Of a DNA stretch of 64,000 nucleotides, positions 48,967 through 59,735 are shown in pieces. Origin of the DNA: Pseudomonadota bacterium. GTDB lineage: Bacteria; Pseudomonadota; Gammaproteobacteria; Steroidobacterales; Steroidobacteraceae. A model generated the notes under the pieces. The model made no database searches and was not told where the DNA came from. It saw only the letters and a list, made by a program, of their open reading frames with translations. The position numbers were made by a program, and so were the translations under genes. Location: NCBI GenBank assembly GCA_021807675.1, contig JAKBCR010000005.1, positions 2,919 to 66,918 of the forward strand, given 5' to 3'. Numbering within the stretch: the stretch's first letter is position 1; each line of letters begins with the position of its first letter.

Positions 48967-51000
48967 TCAGGTCCGCAATGGCCTTTCCCGCCGGCGGACG
49001 GCGAGTCGCGCCACCGCGCGCTCGAAGGCCCTCAAGTCCCGATCGTGCGCGCGCTCCGAGCCGGATCCGAAGCGCAGCTCGGCGTAATGCTCGAGCAGCG
49101 GTCCTACATGGGCGGCGAGATCAGGGCGACGTCGCATGATCGCTTGCGCGTACGCGAGCGGGCCCTGGTGTCCTCCACGCGGCAGGCCTATCCGGGTCAG
49201 TTTGCGGCACAGCTGCGCGTAGGCACGCCCGAGGCGATCCGGCACCGGCTCGCCGACCGCTTTGCCGAGTTGCCACGAGACCCATGCCAGCCAGGAGAGC
49301 AGTGTGACCGCGAACGCCCAGCCTGCATCGCGCAGCTGCGGGGAGCGGAAGCCGAGATCGGCGAGCAGGTTGAGCTGGGCGCGGCTGTTGAAATCCACCA
49401 CGCGGTCGTTCCACCAGCCGTTGAGCGCCTCCCAGCGCTCGAGGGCGGTGCCGAGCCAGGGCCAGGCGTGCACCAGGCGCTCGGGAGCCGAGACCGAGTG
49501 GGGCAGCAGGTCAAGAATGCCGTGGTAAAGCCTCTCGGGCTCGATCACCGCGGTGGGGTCGACCCGCGTCCATCCGCGCCCGTGGAGCCAGACTTCGGCC
49601 CATGCGTGCGCGTCCGATTGACGCACGATGAGCGTCCCGTCATAAGGGTTCCATTTCCCGCCGAGATAGCCGGTGACCACCCGCGCCGGCACGCCCCCGG
49701 CTCTCATCATGTCGACGAAGGCCGAGGCATAGTGACCGCAGAAGCCGGTGCGGGTGTGGAAAAGAAAGTCATCAACCGGATTGCGCGGGCCGAGTGGCGG
49801 CGGGGTGAGCGAATACGAGAATCCCCCGGTGCGCAGGAATGCGAGCACGGACTGCACGAACGCGACATCCGAGCCGGCGCGGCGGCGCAGCCGCAAGGCC
49901 AGGGCGCGGGTGCGGGGGTTGCGCCCGGGAGGCAGCTGTGTGTCCTCGCGCCGCGCCGCGGGGGCGAGCGGAGCCAAGGAGCGGACCCGCGTGCAGGAGA
50001 CGGCGCTATAGGTCAGCGGGCGTGTTACGCGGTGCGCGGCGATGAGCTGGTAATCGCTCGTGTAGCGGACGCTCGCGCTCGGCGAGCCCATGACCGTATC
50101 GAGGGCGAGCCACCAGCGCCTGAAGGTCGGCTCGAGGTAGATGCGATAACGGTACGGCCTGGAGAGGCACTCGAGCCGTTGTGTCAGGCCGGGCGGCAAC
50201 CACCCTACCGTCCACGTTGCACCGTCGAAGTGTTGCATCACGAAGCCGCGCCAGTAGCGCTTGTCGCGCGGCGGTGGCCTGCCGTCGAAGCGTACCCGAA
50301 AAGCGATCTCATAGGAGGCGGTCAGACTAGTGATGCTTCCGGGAGTCAGGGTACTGCCGAGTCCGGTCACGGCGTTCTCGCCCGAGGTCAGGGCCCAGAA
50401 GTGGCCCGGCAGACGGGGAAAGAAGAGGAACAGCAGAATGGCGAGTGGCATCGCGTAGAGCAGCGTGCGCCCGGCAAGCGCGAGGACCTCGCGCGTCGCC
50501 AGTCCGATCGGAGCTGCGAAAGCTTCCGTATCCGTCACGGGCGCATAGGCCACAACGGCGAGCGCCGAACAGCACAATAGTGCATCGGCCCCATAGAGCG
50601 GCACCCACGCGAGCGCCTGGCCGTAGAGGCATCCCGCCAGAAGAAGAAACAGCGCGCCGCCGATCACGACGTACTGATCGCGCCGGCTGCGCGTCTCGAG
50701 CAGCTTGACCGCGGCCATCAACATGAGCAACGCCGTGCCTGGGACGAGGCCGTCCAGCGTGCCGAATTGGGCGAACACCGCTGCCACGAGCGCCAGGCTC
50801 AGCGCGGCGCGCGCAACGCCGCCCGGCAGCCGGGCGGGACCGAGCAGCGCCGCGAGCCGCCACCCTACGAGCCCCAAGGCGCTGATCGTGATCCACGGAG
50901 GCACCTCGGTCGCGTGTAGCAGAACGGCCGCCGCGCTCGCCCCGCAAACCCACAGCAGGGGCGGCAGCGGCTGGCGCGGAACAGGGCGCGCCGTGATCAT
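48967..51000 (-). CDS. tgpA: Transglutaminase-like membrane protein (TgpA type: DUF3488 plus transglutaminase core)
   Basis: Multi-TM N-terminal half. Core GFCGHYASAFVDMMRAGGVPARVVTGY...DAHAWAEVW. The ATG at 51000 overlaps the DUF58 stop (ATGA). Confidence 0.82.
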   Translation of the reverse strand: MITARPVPRQPLPPLLWVCGASAAAVLLHATEVPPWITISALGLVGWRLAALLGPARLPGGVARAALSLALVAAVFAQFGTLDGLVPGTALLMLMAAVKLLETRSRRDQYVVIGGALFLLLAGCLYGQALAWVPLYGADALLCCSALAVVAYAPVTDTEAFAAPIGLATREVLALAGRTLLYAMPLAILLFLFFPRLPGHFWALTSGENAVTGLGSTLTPGSITSLTASYEIAFRVRFDGRPPPRDKRYWRGFVMQHFDGATWTVGWLPPGLTQRLECLSRPYRYRIYLEPTFRRWWLALDTVMGSPSASVRYTSDYQLIAAHRVTRPLTYSAVSCTRVRSLAPLAPAARREDTQLPPGRNPRTRALALRLRRRAGSDVAFVQSVLAFLRTGGFSYSLTPPPLGPRNPVDDFLFHTRTGFCGHYASAFVDMMRAGGVPARVVTGYLGGKWNPYDGTLIVRQSDAHAWAEVWLHGRGWTRVDPTAVIEPERLYHGILDLLPHSVSAPERLVHAWPWLGTALERWEALNGWWNDRVVDFNSRAQLNLLADLGFRSPQLRDAGWAFAVTLLSWLAWVSWQLGKAVGEPVPDRLGRAYAQLCRKLTRIGLPRGGHQGPLAYAQAIMRRRPDLAAHVGPLLEHYAELRFGSGSERAHDRDLRAFERAVARLAVRRRERPLRT

Positions 51001-51995
51001 CGCCTCTGCGCCGCTGCCGCGGGGCGTGGTGCGCCGTACAGCGCGAGTGCCGACAGGCACCGGTGGCGATGGTTGGGACCGCGGTGCGGCGGGATGCGCT
51101 CGCCCGGCAGCTCGAGCCCGTAGACATCGCCGCTCGCCTCGGCGTCGATGATCCAGCGAGCGAGCTGCGCCAGGCGCGACTCGAGATCGGTCTGCCTCGT
51201 ATGCTCGAGGGAGAGCAGGCGCAGCGGCGAGCCGGCCGCGCTATATTCCTTGACGAGCAGCGGCGCCTCGCGCGCATAGGCTTTCCACGCCACCTGCCGC
51301 GGTGAGTCACCGTCGCGGAACGGGCGCAACCCGCGCCATTCGTCCGTACCGGCCGCGCCGCGTGGCCACGAGCCGGATGTGCCGCCGCGGTCGGCCGGTA
51401 AAGGCAACGAGCCTGCGGCCCGCGGGTAGACCATTACCACGATCGGTGCATGAACCCAGGTCCAGACCCGGAAGAGGCCGAAGGGGTGCGAGCTGCTGAT
51501 GCGCAGGCGATCGATTTTCTGCAGGCCGCGCCTGAGCGCGTGGATCGGCAGCTCGAGCTGGCCGCGGCGGCCGGCGGGCAGATCCAGCGCCACCGCGGCT
51601 TCATTCACCACCGCAACTGCCAGGCGATAGCGCCCGAGCCGCGATGCATTCTCGAGCATCAGGCGCAAGGAGCCGGCGGAGCCTGCGAAAAGCGGCGCGG
51701 CCGAGGCCTCGAGCAGCGAGATACCCAACATGTTGCGATGACACTCGTGCATGGCGACGAGCGCGAAGCCTGCGAGCAGGAACGCGAGCAGCAGCGCGAG
51801 GCTGTTGGCGTAGTTCAAGCCCGCGGCCAGCATCGTCAGCACCAGGACGCCGAAGGCCAACCCGGCGCGGGTCGGGAGGATGTAGAGGCGTCGGCGTGCG
51901 AGCGTCAGCGGCAGTCTGTCGAGCCCTTGGCGGCGCCGCGCCCACTCGGCGGCACTGTGCCGCAGACGCTCTCGAAGCCTCGCATGAGCTGTCAT
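50997..51995 (-). CDS. DUF58 family protein (vWA-like, MoxR-associated)
   Basis: RRLYILPTRAGLAFGVLVLTMLAAGLNYANSLA...LRPFRDGDSPRQVAWKAYAR. Start MTAHARL at 51995. Confidence 0.8.
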   Translation of the reverse strand: MTAHARLRERLRHSAAEWARRRQGLDRLPLTLARRRLYILPTRAGLAFGVLVLTMLAAGLNYANSLALLLAFLLAGFALVAMHECHRNMLGISLLEASAAPLFAGSAGSLRLMLENASRLGRYRLAVAVVNEAAVALDLPAGRRGQLELPIHALRRGLQKIDRLRISSSHPFGLFRVWTWVHAPIVVMVYPRAAGSLPLPADRGGTSGSWPRGAAGTDEWRGLRPFRDGDSPRQVAWKAYAREAPLLVKEYSAAGSPLRLLSLEHTRQTDLESRLAQLARWIIDAEASGDVYGLELPGERIPPHRGPNHRHRCLSALALYGAPRPAAAAQRR

Positions 51996-52172
51996 CGCCG
52001 TAGCTGGACTCCGCCGCCACAGCGGCGAGACGGTGCCCTCGAGCGAAGCACCGCTTCGCTCCGGCAAGCGGGCGTCCCTGGACGGAGACCGCGGGCAGCC
52101 TCCGCGGGACCCGGGGCGTGCGCGAAGCATGGAATGCGTAGCGTCATCTGCCTCGGCGCCAGCGCTTCATCC

Positions 52173-53135
52173 TCAGATCGGAACCGGCACTGTCCTGATC
52201 AGCTCATCGGCCGCATCCGTCCCGGCCGTAAAGCCGGGCGAGCCGTGGCTCGCGGTCTCGCGTCGCTCGAGCCGGTGCGCGACCACGGCCGGCAGCACCG
52301 ACTGCACATCTTCCGGAAGAACCGCCGACCGTCCGGCGAGATGCGCCCACGCCTGCGCGCAGCGGATGAGCCCTTGCCCCGCCCGCGGCGACAGCCCGAG
52401 TCTGAAGTCGGGGCGTTCGCGCGTTCTGGCGATGAGGCATTGCGCGTAGTTGAGCAAAGACTCTGATACATGAATCGCGCGCACAGCCTGTTGGGCGCGA
52501 ATGAGCGCCTCGGGTCCGAGCACCGGCTCGAGCGCGGGGATCAAATCGCGACGGTCGCCGCTTCGCAGCAGCTCCCGCTCGTGCGCCGCGTCCGGATAGC
52601 CCAGCGTCACGCGCATGAGGAACCTGTCGAGCTGCGATTCCGGCAAGGGAAATGTGCCGAGCTGCTCGTGAGGATTTTGCGTGGCGACCACGAAGAAAGG
52701 CTCGGGCAGGCGGTAGGTGGTCACGTCCACGCTGACCTGACGCTCCTCCATTGCCTCGAGCAGCGCGCTCTGGGTGCGCGGGCTCGCCCGGTTCACCTCG
52801 TCGGCGAGCAACAGTTGGGTGAATATCGGTCCCTGACGGAACTTGAACTGTTGACTCGCACGGTCGAAGATCGATACGCCGATGATGTCCGCCGGCAGCA
52901 GGTCGCTCGTGAACTGCACCCGCTGCCATGCGAGCCCGAGCACCTGAGCGAGCGCGTGTGCGAGCGTGGTCTTGCCGACGCCGGGAACGTCCTCGATGAG
53001 CAAGTGTCCGCGCGCGAGCAGGCACGTCAGACAGAGTCTCACCTGTCGCGGCTTACCGAGAACGACCGACTCCAGGGCTTGCAGCGCTCGCCGCAGGGCC
53101 GCCGCATCGCAGTCCCGCGCCGCCGCCGCATTCAT
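52173..53135 (-). CDS. MoxR-family AAA+ ATPase
   Basis: [44 protein letters not shown]. Confidence 0.9.
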   Translation of the reverse strand: MNAAAARDCDAAALRRALQALESVVLGKPRQVRLCLTCLLARGHLLIEDVPGVGKTTLAHALAQVLGLAWQRVQFTSDLLPADIIGVSIFDRASQQFKFRQGPIFTQLLLADEVNRASPRTQSALLEAMEERQVSVDVTTYRLPEPFFVVATQNPHEQLGTFPLPESQLDRFLMRVTLGYPDAAHERELLRSGDRRDLIPALEPVLGPEALIRAQQAVRAIHVSESLLNYAQCLIARTRERPDFRLGLSPRAGQGLIRCAQAWAHLAGRSAVLPEDVQSVLPAVVAHRLERRETASHGSPGFTAGTDAADELIRTVPVPI

Positions 53136-55933
53136 ACGGCGTCCGATCTCAGGAGCTCGCGGACGCGCTCGAGCTGTGCCGTGAGCCCTGTCGCAGTCCG
53201 CTCGAGATCCGCCTGCCTTGCCCGCTCCGCGGTGACCACGGCCTCGGGGGCGTTGCGCACGAAGTTGTCATTGGCAAGGCGGGTGCGAGTCTTGTCCAGG
53301 TCGGATCGAGCCCGCGCGAGGAGCTTGCCGAGCCGCTCGGCTTCGGCGGCGGCATCGATCAGGCCGGCCATGGGTACGAGCAGGGTGAGCTCGCCCACGA
53401 GCGCGGTTGCGGCCTGGGGCTGCGGCTCCCCGGCGGCGAGCGCGCGCGGGGGCTCGATGCCGGCGAGGCGCTCGAGCCATGCGCGGTGACGGTGGATGAG
53501 CTCCGCGTCATGTGCCGAGGCGTTACGGTAGAGGAGCGGGATGCGCCGTGAGGGGCTGATGTTCATCTCGCCGCGAATCTGGCGCACGCCGAGGATGAAC
53601 GCCTTGAGCCAGCTGACCTCGCGCTCCGCGGCCTCCTCGACGGGGAACTCGGCCGGCCGCGGATAGGGCGCGCGCATCACGGTCGGGCCCGTGCGGCCGG
53701 CGAGCGGGGCGACACGCTGCCAGATCTCCTCCGTGATGAAGGGCATGATGGGATGCAGGGCGCGCTGCAGTGCCTCCAGAATCTCGAGCAGGGTGCTGCG
53801 GGTGCCGGCACGCGCCGCGGGGGAGGACCCTTCAGACTGCAGCACGGGCTTGGTGAGCTCGAGATACCAGTCGCAGAACTCGTACCAGGTGAACTCGTAG
53901 AGTGCCGCGGCGGCGTAGTCGAACCGATAGTCGGCGAGGGATTTCTCGACCGTCTCCACGGTGCGCCCGAAGCGCGAGCGGATCCAACGATCGGCCACGG
54001 AGAGCTCGATGGCCTGCGGCGCGCGATCGGCCGCCGTCGGCCCGCCGGAGGAGTCGGCGCCGGCGCTCATGGTGACGAAGCGGGCGGCGTTCCACAGCTT
54101 GTTGCAGAAATTGCGGTAGCCGGCTACGCGCGCGAGATCGAAGCGGATGTCGCGGCTCGGGGAGGCGAGGGCGGCGAAGGTGAAGCGCAGCGCGTCGGTG
54201 CCGTGCGGCGCGATCCCTTCCGGATACTCCTTGCGAGTCGCCTTCTCGATCTTCGATTTCATCTGCGGCTGCATCAGGCCGCTGGTGCGCTTGGCTGCGA
54301 GCGACTCGAGGTCGATGCCGTCGACGATGTCGAGCGGGTCGATGACGTTGCCCTTGGTCTTCGACATCTTCTCGCCGTGCTCGTCGCGGATGAGGCCCGT
54401 GATATAGACCTCCCGGAACGGGACGTCGCTCATGAACTTAAGCCCCATCATCATCATCCGGGCAACCCAGAAGAAGATGATGTCGAATCCGGTCACGAGC
54501 ACGGCGGTCGGATAGAACCTCGCCAGCTCCGCTGTGCGCTCTGGCCATCCGAGCGTGGAGAACGGCCAGAGAGCCGAGGAGAACCAGGTGTCGAGTACAT
54601 CCGTATCCTGGCTCAAGGGAAGGTCGGCGGCGAGACCATGTTTACCGCGCGCTTCGGCCTCGCTGCGCGCGACGTAGACGTTGCCGGCTGCGTCATACCA
54701 TGCCGGGATACGATGGCCCCACCAGAGCTGGCGGCTGACGCACCAGTCCTTGATGTTGCGCATCCAGTCGAAGTACGTCTTCGCCCAGCTCTCCGGCACG
54801 AACCGCGTCCGCCCGCTCTCGACTGCCGCGATCGCGGGAGCCGCGAGCGGCGCAATCCTGACGTACCACTGATCGGTCAGAAGTGGCTCGAGCACCGCGC
54901 CGCTGCGATCGCCGCGGGGAACCATGAGGCTGTGCTTCTCGACCTTCTCGAGCAATCCCGCCGCCTCGAGCTCGGTGACCACGCGCTTGCGGGCCTCGAA
55001 GCGGTCGAGGCCGCGAAAGTGCGGCGGCGCATTCTCATTGAGGGTGGCGCGGGGCGTGAAGATATTGATCTGCTCGAGTCCATGGCGTAGCCCGATCTCA
55101 TAGTCGTTGAAATCGTGTGCCGGCGTGATCTTGACGCACCCCGAGCCGAAGGAGGCATCCACGTATGTGTCGGCGATGACGGGAATCGGACGCTCCGCGA
55201 GCGGCAGCAGCAGGCGCTTGCCGATCAGATGCTTGTAGCGCTCGTCGTCCGGGTTTACGGCAACAGCAGTGTCGCCAAGCATCGTCTCGGGCCGCGTTGT
55301 CGCCACGATGACCTGACCTGACCCGTCTTCCAGAGGGTAGCGCAGATGCCATAGGTGACCTTGTTCTTCCTCACTTTCCACCTCCAGGTCGGAGAGAGCG
55401 GTGAGCAGCACCGGGTCCCAATTGACGAGTCGCTTGCCGCGGTAGATCAGACCTTCCTCGTGCAGACGCACGAATACTTCCACCACGGCGCGCGATAGGC
55501 CCGCATCCATCGTGAAGCGATCGCGCGACCAATCGACGGAGTCTCCCAGGCGGCGCATCTGTGAGGCGATGGTCCCGCCCGACTGCGCCTTCCACTCCCA
55601 GACGCGCTCGATGAACGCCTCGCGTGAGAGCTCGCTGCGTCTTCGGCCTTGCGCTTCGAGCTGGCGCTCGACCACCATCTGGGTGGCGATGCCGGCATGA
55701 TCGGTGCCGGGCTGCCACAGCGCATCATCGCCGCGCATACGGTGGTACCGCGTGAGCGCGTCCATCAGCGTGTGCTGAAACGCATGCCCCATGTGCAGCG
55801 TGCCCGTCACATTGGGCGGCGGGATCATGATGCAGTAGGACGTGCCATGACCGCTTGGCTCGAACCAGCCATGGGATTCCCACTGCTCGTAGATCCGCCG
55901 CTCGATGTCGTGCGGCGCATACACTTTGTCCAT
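53132..55933 (-). CDS. valS: Valyl-tRNA synthetase
   Basis: HIGH motif [14 protein letters not shown] and KMSKS motif KMSKTKGN. C-terminal coiled coil. 933 aa. The stop overlaps the moxR ATG (ATGA). Confidence 0.96.
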   Translation of the reverse strand: MDKVYAPHDIERRIYEQWESHGWFEPSGHGTSYCIMIPPPNVTGTLHMGHAFQHTLMDALTRYHRMRGDDALWQPGTDHAGIATQMVVERQLEAQGRRRSELSREAFIERVWEWKAQSGGTIASQMRRLGDSVDWSRDRFTMDAGLSRAVVEVFVRLHEEGLIYRGKRLVNWDPVLLTALSDLEVESEEEQGHLWHLRYPLEDGSGQVIVATTRPETMLGDTAVAVNPDDERYKHLIGKRLLLPLAERPIPVIADTYVDASFGSGCVKITPAHDFNDYEIGLRHGLEQINIFTPRATLNENAPPHFRGLDRFEARKRVVTELEAAGLLEKVEKHSLMVPRGDRSGAVLEPLLTDQWYVRIAPLAAPAIAAVESGRTRFVPESWAKTYFDWMRNIKDWCVSRQLWWGHRIPAWYDAAGNVYVARSEAEARGKHGLAADLPLSQDTDVLDTWFSSALWPFSTLGWPERTAELARFYPTAVLVTGFDIIFFWVARMMMMGLKFMSDVPFREVYITGLIRDEHGEKMSKTKGNVIDPLDIVDGIDLESLAAKRTSGLMQPQMKSKIEKATRKEYPEGIAPHGTDALRFTFAALASPSRDIRFDLARVAGYRNFCNKLWNAARFVTMSAGADSSGGPTAADRAPQAIELSVADRWIRSRFGRTVETVEKSLADYRFDYAAAALYEFTWYEFCDWYLELTKPVLQSEGSSPAARAGTRSTLLEILEALQRALHPIMPFITEEIWQRVAPLAGRTGPTVMRAPYPRPAEFPVEEAAEREVSWLKAFILGVRQIRGEMNISPSRRIPLLYRNASAHDAELIHRHRAWLERLAGIEPPRALAAGEPQPQAATALVGELTLLVPMAGLIDAAAEAERLGKLLARARSDLDKTRTRLANDNFVRNAPEAVVTAERARQADLERTATGLTAQLERVRELLRSDAV

Positions 55934-55975
55934 GGTGAAGCGCAGGCCCTGAGTGAATTGTCAGGGCATTATAGA

Positions 55976-56080
55976 GGCACAGGGAAGTGCCCGCCGCCGC
56001 AGGTGGCGAGCGGCGGGCAAAAGTCGCGCCTTTTTTGCCGTCGCCGCGCTGGGCCGGGCACGATGCCCGGATCCGCCGCT
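55976..56080. repeat. Composite palindromic repeat, copy B
   Basis: See copy A (35733-35837). Lies 43 nt upstream of the valS ATG. Confidence 0.85.
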
Positions 56081-56108
56081 GCATATAACCCGGGCGCGCT
56101 TAGCCGCC

Positions 56109-56150
56109 ACGCCTCATATCTCCGGCCTTCAGGCCGGAGATATGAGGCGT
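56109..56150. repeat. Perfect 19-bp stem / 4-nt loop hairpin
   Basis: acgcctcatatctccggcc-ttca-ggccggagatatgaggcgt, with every pair checked. It abuts the truncation point of the TnpB relic. Confidence 0.9.
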
Positions 56151-56376
56151 CCTCGGAGAGGAAGTCGATGAAGCGGGTTCGACCCAGACCTGTAGTCGGT
56201 GTAATAGCCGGACGGGGCCGCGAGGTCTCGAAGGTCTTGGAATAAGGGAATGGGTGTGTGGGGAGTGCGGCGCGGTCCACGACCGCGACGTGAACTCTGC
56301 CCGGCTCATTCTTGCGGCCGGAGGTGGCCGTCTTGCAGAAGGAATCCTCGCCTTCGCCGCGAAAGCGGCGGCCTGA
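56146..56376 (+). pseudogene. tnpB: C-terminal relic (about 76 codons) of a TnpB / IS200-IS605-family OrfB protein
   Basis: My frame-1 translation reads GVLGEEVDEAGSTQTCSRCNSRTGPRGLEGLGIREWVCGECGAVHDRDVNSARLILAAGGG...* This is the zinc-finger / RuvC-III end of TnpB (SQTCS.CG...W.C..CG..HDRD.NAA.NIL). An in-frame TGA at 56143 and the hairpin replace everything upstream. Confidence 0.75.
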
Positions 56377-56399
56377 AAAGGCCGAGGGCGGGGAGGACG

Positions 56400-56960
56400 T
56401 CAATCCGTGCGCAGCGTATGAGTGCGGGGCTCGATGCCGAGCTCCCGGTAGGCTTTGAAGCGCGCCCGGCCGGCCCGTCGCCGCCCCTCCTCGCCATCGA
56501 TGATCTCCGCGATGCGCCGCGTGAGCGGCAGGAATGGCGGCAAGTCAGCGGCGAGATTCACCATGAAATCGAATGCGGCCCTGGGCGTAGTGCCGGCGCT
56601 GAGCAGCACCGGCGCCTCCGGGGGACCGTTGGATGTCAGCCAGTCGTGCGGCACGAAGCTGCCGTCCGCGAAGGTCCACAGCAGCGTGTCGACTGTCTCG
56701 AGCTCGGCGCGGTCGGTGTGCCATATGAGCGTGCTCTGGGAGGCGAGATAGGCCTTCTCCGCGAGGCGGCAGGCGACCTTCAGCCGCGCGGCTGCGGAGT
56801 CTGCCGGCAGCACGTAGAAGTCGACACGGCATCCTCGCGCGCTCGCAGTCGCCGAGTCCGGCCCGAGGATCGAGGCCGGGTCAGCGGCGAAGGAGCCGGG
56901 CGGCGAGGAATCGGCGTCGCTCGAGTCGGCAGATGCGGAAATACCGTCGTTTTCGCCCAT
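56400..56960 (-). CDS. holC: DNA polymerase III chi subunit
   Basis: VDFYVL, CRLAEKAY, LLWTFADGSFVPH, RFKAYRELG. It carries a roughly 44-aa low-complexity N-terminal extension if the ATG at 56960 is used. Confidence 0.82.
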   Translation of the reverse strand: MGENDGISASADSSDADSSPPGSFAADPASILGPDSATASARGCRVDFYVLPADSAAARLKVACRLAEKAYLASQSTLIWHTDRAELETVDTLLWTFADGSFVPHDWLTSNGPPEAPVLLSAGTTPRAAFDFMVNLAADLPPFLPLTRRIAEIIDGEEGRRRAGRARFKAYRELGIEPRTHTLRTD

Positions 56961-56978
56961 GGCTCACGCCGTGGCGGG

Positions 56979-58481
56979 TCAGAGCCCGGCGCGGCGGATG
57001 AGGAAATCCGCAAGGAGCGGGGTTGGGCGTCCGGTGCTGCCCTTCTGCGCACCGCCCTGAAAGGCGGTGCCCGCGACATCGAGGTGCGCCCATTTCATCC
57101 CCTGTGTGAACTTACCGAGAAACGCCGCGGCGGTGATGGCTCCGCCCTCCCGGCCGCCGACATTGGCAAAGTCTGCGAAGTTGCTCTTGAGCGGCTCCGC
57201 GTGCTCCTCCGTGAGCGGCAACGGCCAGGCGCGATCGTCGGCGCGCATGCCCGCCTCGACGAGCTCCGTGACCAGCGCCTGGTCATTTCCCATGGCGCCG
57301 GAATGCTGATGTCCGAGCGCGACGACGCAAGCTCCTGTCAACGTGGCGATGTCCACGACGGCCGCGGGCTGAAAGCGGCGTGCGTAGTGAAGCGCGTCGC
57401 AGAGAATCAGCCGGCCCTCGGCATCGGTGTTGAGAATCTCCACGGTCTGCCCGGAGGCGCTGGTGGCGATATCGCCCGGCTTCACGGCCTTGCCGTCGGG
57501 CATGTTCTCGACGGCGGCGACCAGTCCCACGATGCGCAGCGGCAGATCGAGCGCCGCGGCGAGAGTGAGTGTGGCGATCGTCGCCGCCGCGCCGCTCATA
57601 TCGAATTTCATCTCATCCATGCCGGCCGGCGGCTTGATCGAGATGCCACCGGTATCGAACGTCACGCCTTTGCCGACGATCACCACGGGATGTGCGGACT
57701 GGCCCGCCTTGCCGGACCCTGCATGCTCGATGATGATGAAGCGTGGCGGCTGGGCGCTGCCCTGTGAGACCGCGAGCAGACACCCCATCTTCTCCCGACG
57801 GATCGCGCGCTCATCGAGTACCCGCACGCGCAGTGAGCGATAACGCTTCGCGAGCGCCCGCGTCTCCTCCGCCAGGAAGACCGGCGTGCACACGTTCCCC
57901 GGCAGGTTCGCTAGGTCGCGGTGGACCTTACACGCTTCGGCGATCGCTGCCCCATGCGCAAGCCCGCGATTCACGGTTGCAGCCGCGCCCTTGGCCAGCG
58001 GCCCCACCAGCACCCGCTCGAGCGGGGCGGCCCTGGGCTTCTTGCCGCTCTTGAGATCGTTGATGCGGTAAAGGCCCGTCGCCCCGATTTCCGCGACAGC
58101 GCGACCGAAATAATAATCGTCGAGGTCCTTGGCGTCGGGCCGCGTGATCGCGAGCGCGACGCTCTCGATGCGGGTCTTCGACAGCGCCCCGACGACGGTG
58201 CTCCACGCCTTGCGCCACACTTTGCGGCCGAAGCTCTTTTTGGGGCCCAGGCCGGTGAGCACTATGCGAGTGGCGGCGATCCCCGGAAGATCCGCGAGCA
58301 GCAAGGTGTCGGCAGGCTTGCCGGCAAAATCGCCATGCCGCAGCAGCTTCTTCAGCCGCCCGCCGCAAGCGGAGTCGATGGCACGCGCCTCCTCGGTCAG
58401 CTCCCCCTCCTCGAAGATGCCCAAGGCGAGGCAGTCCACGTCGAGCGCGGCCATCCCCTTGCTAAAGGTCTCAAATCGCAT
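56979..58481 (-). CDS. pepA: Leucyl aminopeptidase
   Basis: VGKGVTFDTGGISIKP, NTDAEGRLILCDAL. 500 aa. Confidence 0.95.
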   Translation of the reverse strand: MRFETFSKGMAALDVDCLALGIFEEGELTEEARAIDSACGGRLKKLLRHGDFAGKPADTLLLADLPGIAATRIVLTGLGPKKSFGRKVWRKAWSTVVGALSKTRIESVALAITRPDAKDLDDYYFGRAVAEIGATGLYRINDLKSGKKPRAAPLERVLVGPLAKGAAATVNRGLAHGAAIAEACKVHRDLANLPGNVCTPVFLAEETRALAKRYRSLRVRVLDERAIRREKMGCLLAVSQGSAQPPRFIIIEHAGSGKAGQSAHPVVIVGKGVTFDTGGISIKPPAGMDEMKFDMSGAAATIATLTLAAALDLPLRIVGLVAAVENMPDGKAVKPGDIATSASGQTVEILNTDAEGRLILCDALHYARRFQPAAVVDIATLTGACVVALGHQHSGAMGNDQALVTELVEAGMRADDRAWPLPLTEEHAEPLKSNFADFANVGGREGGAITAAAFLGKFTQGMKWAHLDVAGTAFQGGAQKGSTGRPTPLLADFLIRRAGL

Positions 58482-58643
58482 CGCAGTATCCCGTGCCGGC
58501 GCTGCCGGAGTACCGGCTCAGAGCCGGAGCATTTCCTGGATCGACGCTGCGAACCATTGAGGCGCGCAACCGTCTGCTTTACCGTAAGATTTTAGTGTAA
58601 CCCACCGGCGGTCCGGCGGGGACTAGTCACGGCAGGCCATCGG

Positions 58644-59735
58644 TTGGGGAAAATCCTCGGACGCTACATTCTGCGCGAAGTCATCACCGCCTGGATCGTG
58701 GTGATGGGTGTGCTGCTCGTCATCCTGCTCGCCAATCAGGTCGCCGCCGTGCTCGAGCGTGCGGCGGTGAGCCAGTTTCCTCAGGGAATGGTGCTCGAGC
58801 TCATCTACCTCGGGATCCTGCAGTACCTGAGCCTGCTCGTGCCGGTGGGTCTATTGCTCGGCATCGTCCTCGCCATCGGCAGGCTTTATCACGATAGCGA
58901 GCTCGCCGCCGCCCTGGCGTGCGGTGTGAGGCCGGCCACGCTCTACGGTGGAGTGATCGGCCTCGGGGTAGTGGTGGCTGGCGCACTTGCCGCGATCACG
59001 CTATCCGTTGCGCCCGGAGCCACGGCGCAGGCGCTGACGCTGCGCAACGCGGCAGTGCGCGCGGGGCAATTCGCGCCTCTGCAGCCTGGGATCTTCCGCT
59101 CCTTCGGCGGCGGCAGTGCCGTCGTTTACGCGGAGAAAGTCGAGCCCGACGGAACCCTGCGAAACGTGTTTCTCGAGAGGAATCGGGGAGCGATCGTCGA
59201 AGTGGACGTTGCCCGAAGCGCGGTGCACACGGTGTCCCCGGATGGCTCGACTCAAGCCATCGATTTGCTGAACGGCGAGAGCCTGGAGGGTATCCCCGGC
59301 AGTCCCCAGTTCCGCATCATGCACTTCGCCGAGAATTTCATTCCCTTCAGGGTCCCGCCCGCCAATAGCGTGGTGACGGACCTCGACGCGCAGCCCACGG
59401 CCTCGCTCCTCGCCTCTCCCGATCCCAAGCGTCAGGCCGAGCTGCAGTGGCGCATCTCGCTACCGCTCATGTGCATCATCCTGACCGTGCTGGCGGTGCC
59501 GCTCGCGCGCCTGAGACCGCGGCAGGGTCGCTATGCGCGCGTGTGGATCGCCGTTGTCGTGTACATCGTTTATCAGAACCTCCTCTCCGCCGGTCAGGCG
59601 TGGGTCGCGAACGGAGCCATTCCCGTTGCGCTGGGTCTCTGGTGGGCTCACGTCGCCGTCGTATTGCTCGCCCTCACGGTGATCCTCGCGCCTCGGGCCT
59701 TGCAGCGGCTGCGTTACCGGCCGGAGGCGGCGTGA
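58644..59735 (+). CDS. lptF: LPS export ABC permease LptF
   Basis: ILGRYILREVITAW N-terminus of the YjgP/YjgQ family. Divergent from pepA as in other gammaproteobacteria. TTG start. Confidence 0.88.
   Translation: MGKILGRYILREVITAWIVVMGVLLVILLANQVAAVLERAAVSQFPQGMVLELIYLGILQYLSLLVPVGLLLGIVLAIGRLYHDSELAAALACGVRPATLYGGVIGLGVVVAGALAAITLSVAPGATAQALTLRNAAVRAGQFAPLQPGIFRSFGGGSAVVYAEKVEPDGTLRNVFLERNRGAIVEVDVARSAVHTVSPDGSTQAIDLLNGESLEGIPGSPQFRIMHFAENFIPFRVPPANSVVTDLDAQPTASLLASPDPKRQAELQWRISLPLMCIILTVLAVPLARLRPRQGRYARVWIAVVVYIVYQNLLSAGQAWVANGAIPVALGLWWAHVAVVLLALTVILAPRALQRLRYRPEAA

Noticed and set aside
56173-56187. tRNA T-arm-like string GGGTTCGACCC
   Set aside because: No acceptor, D or anticodon arms surround it. 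It lies inside the TnpB relic reading frame (EAGSTQ).
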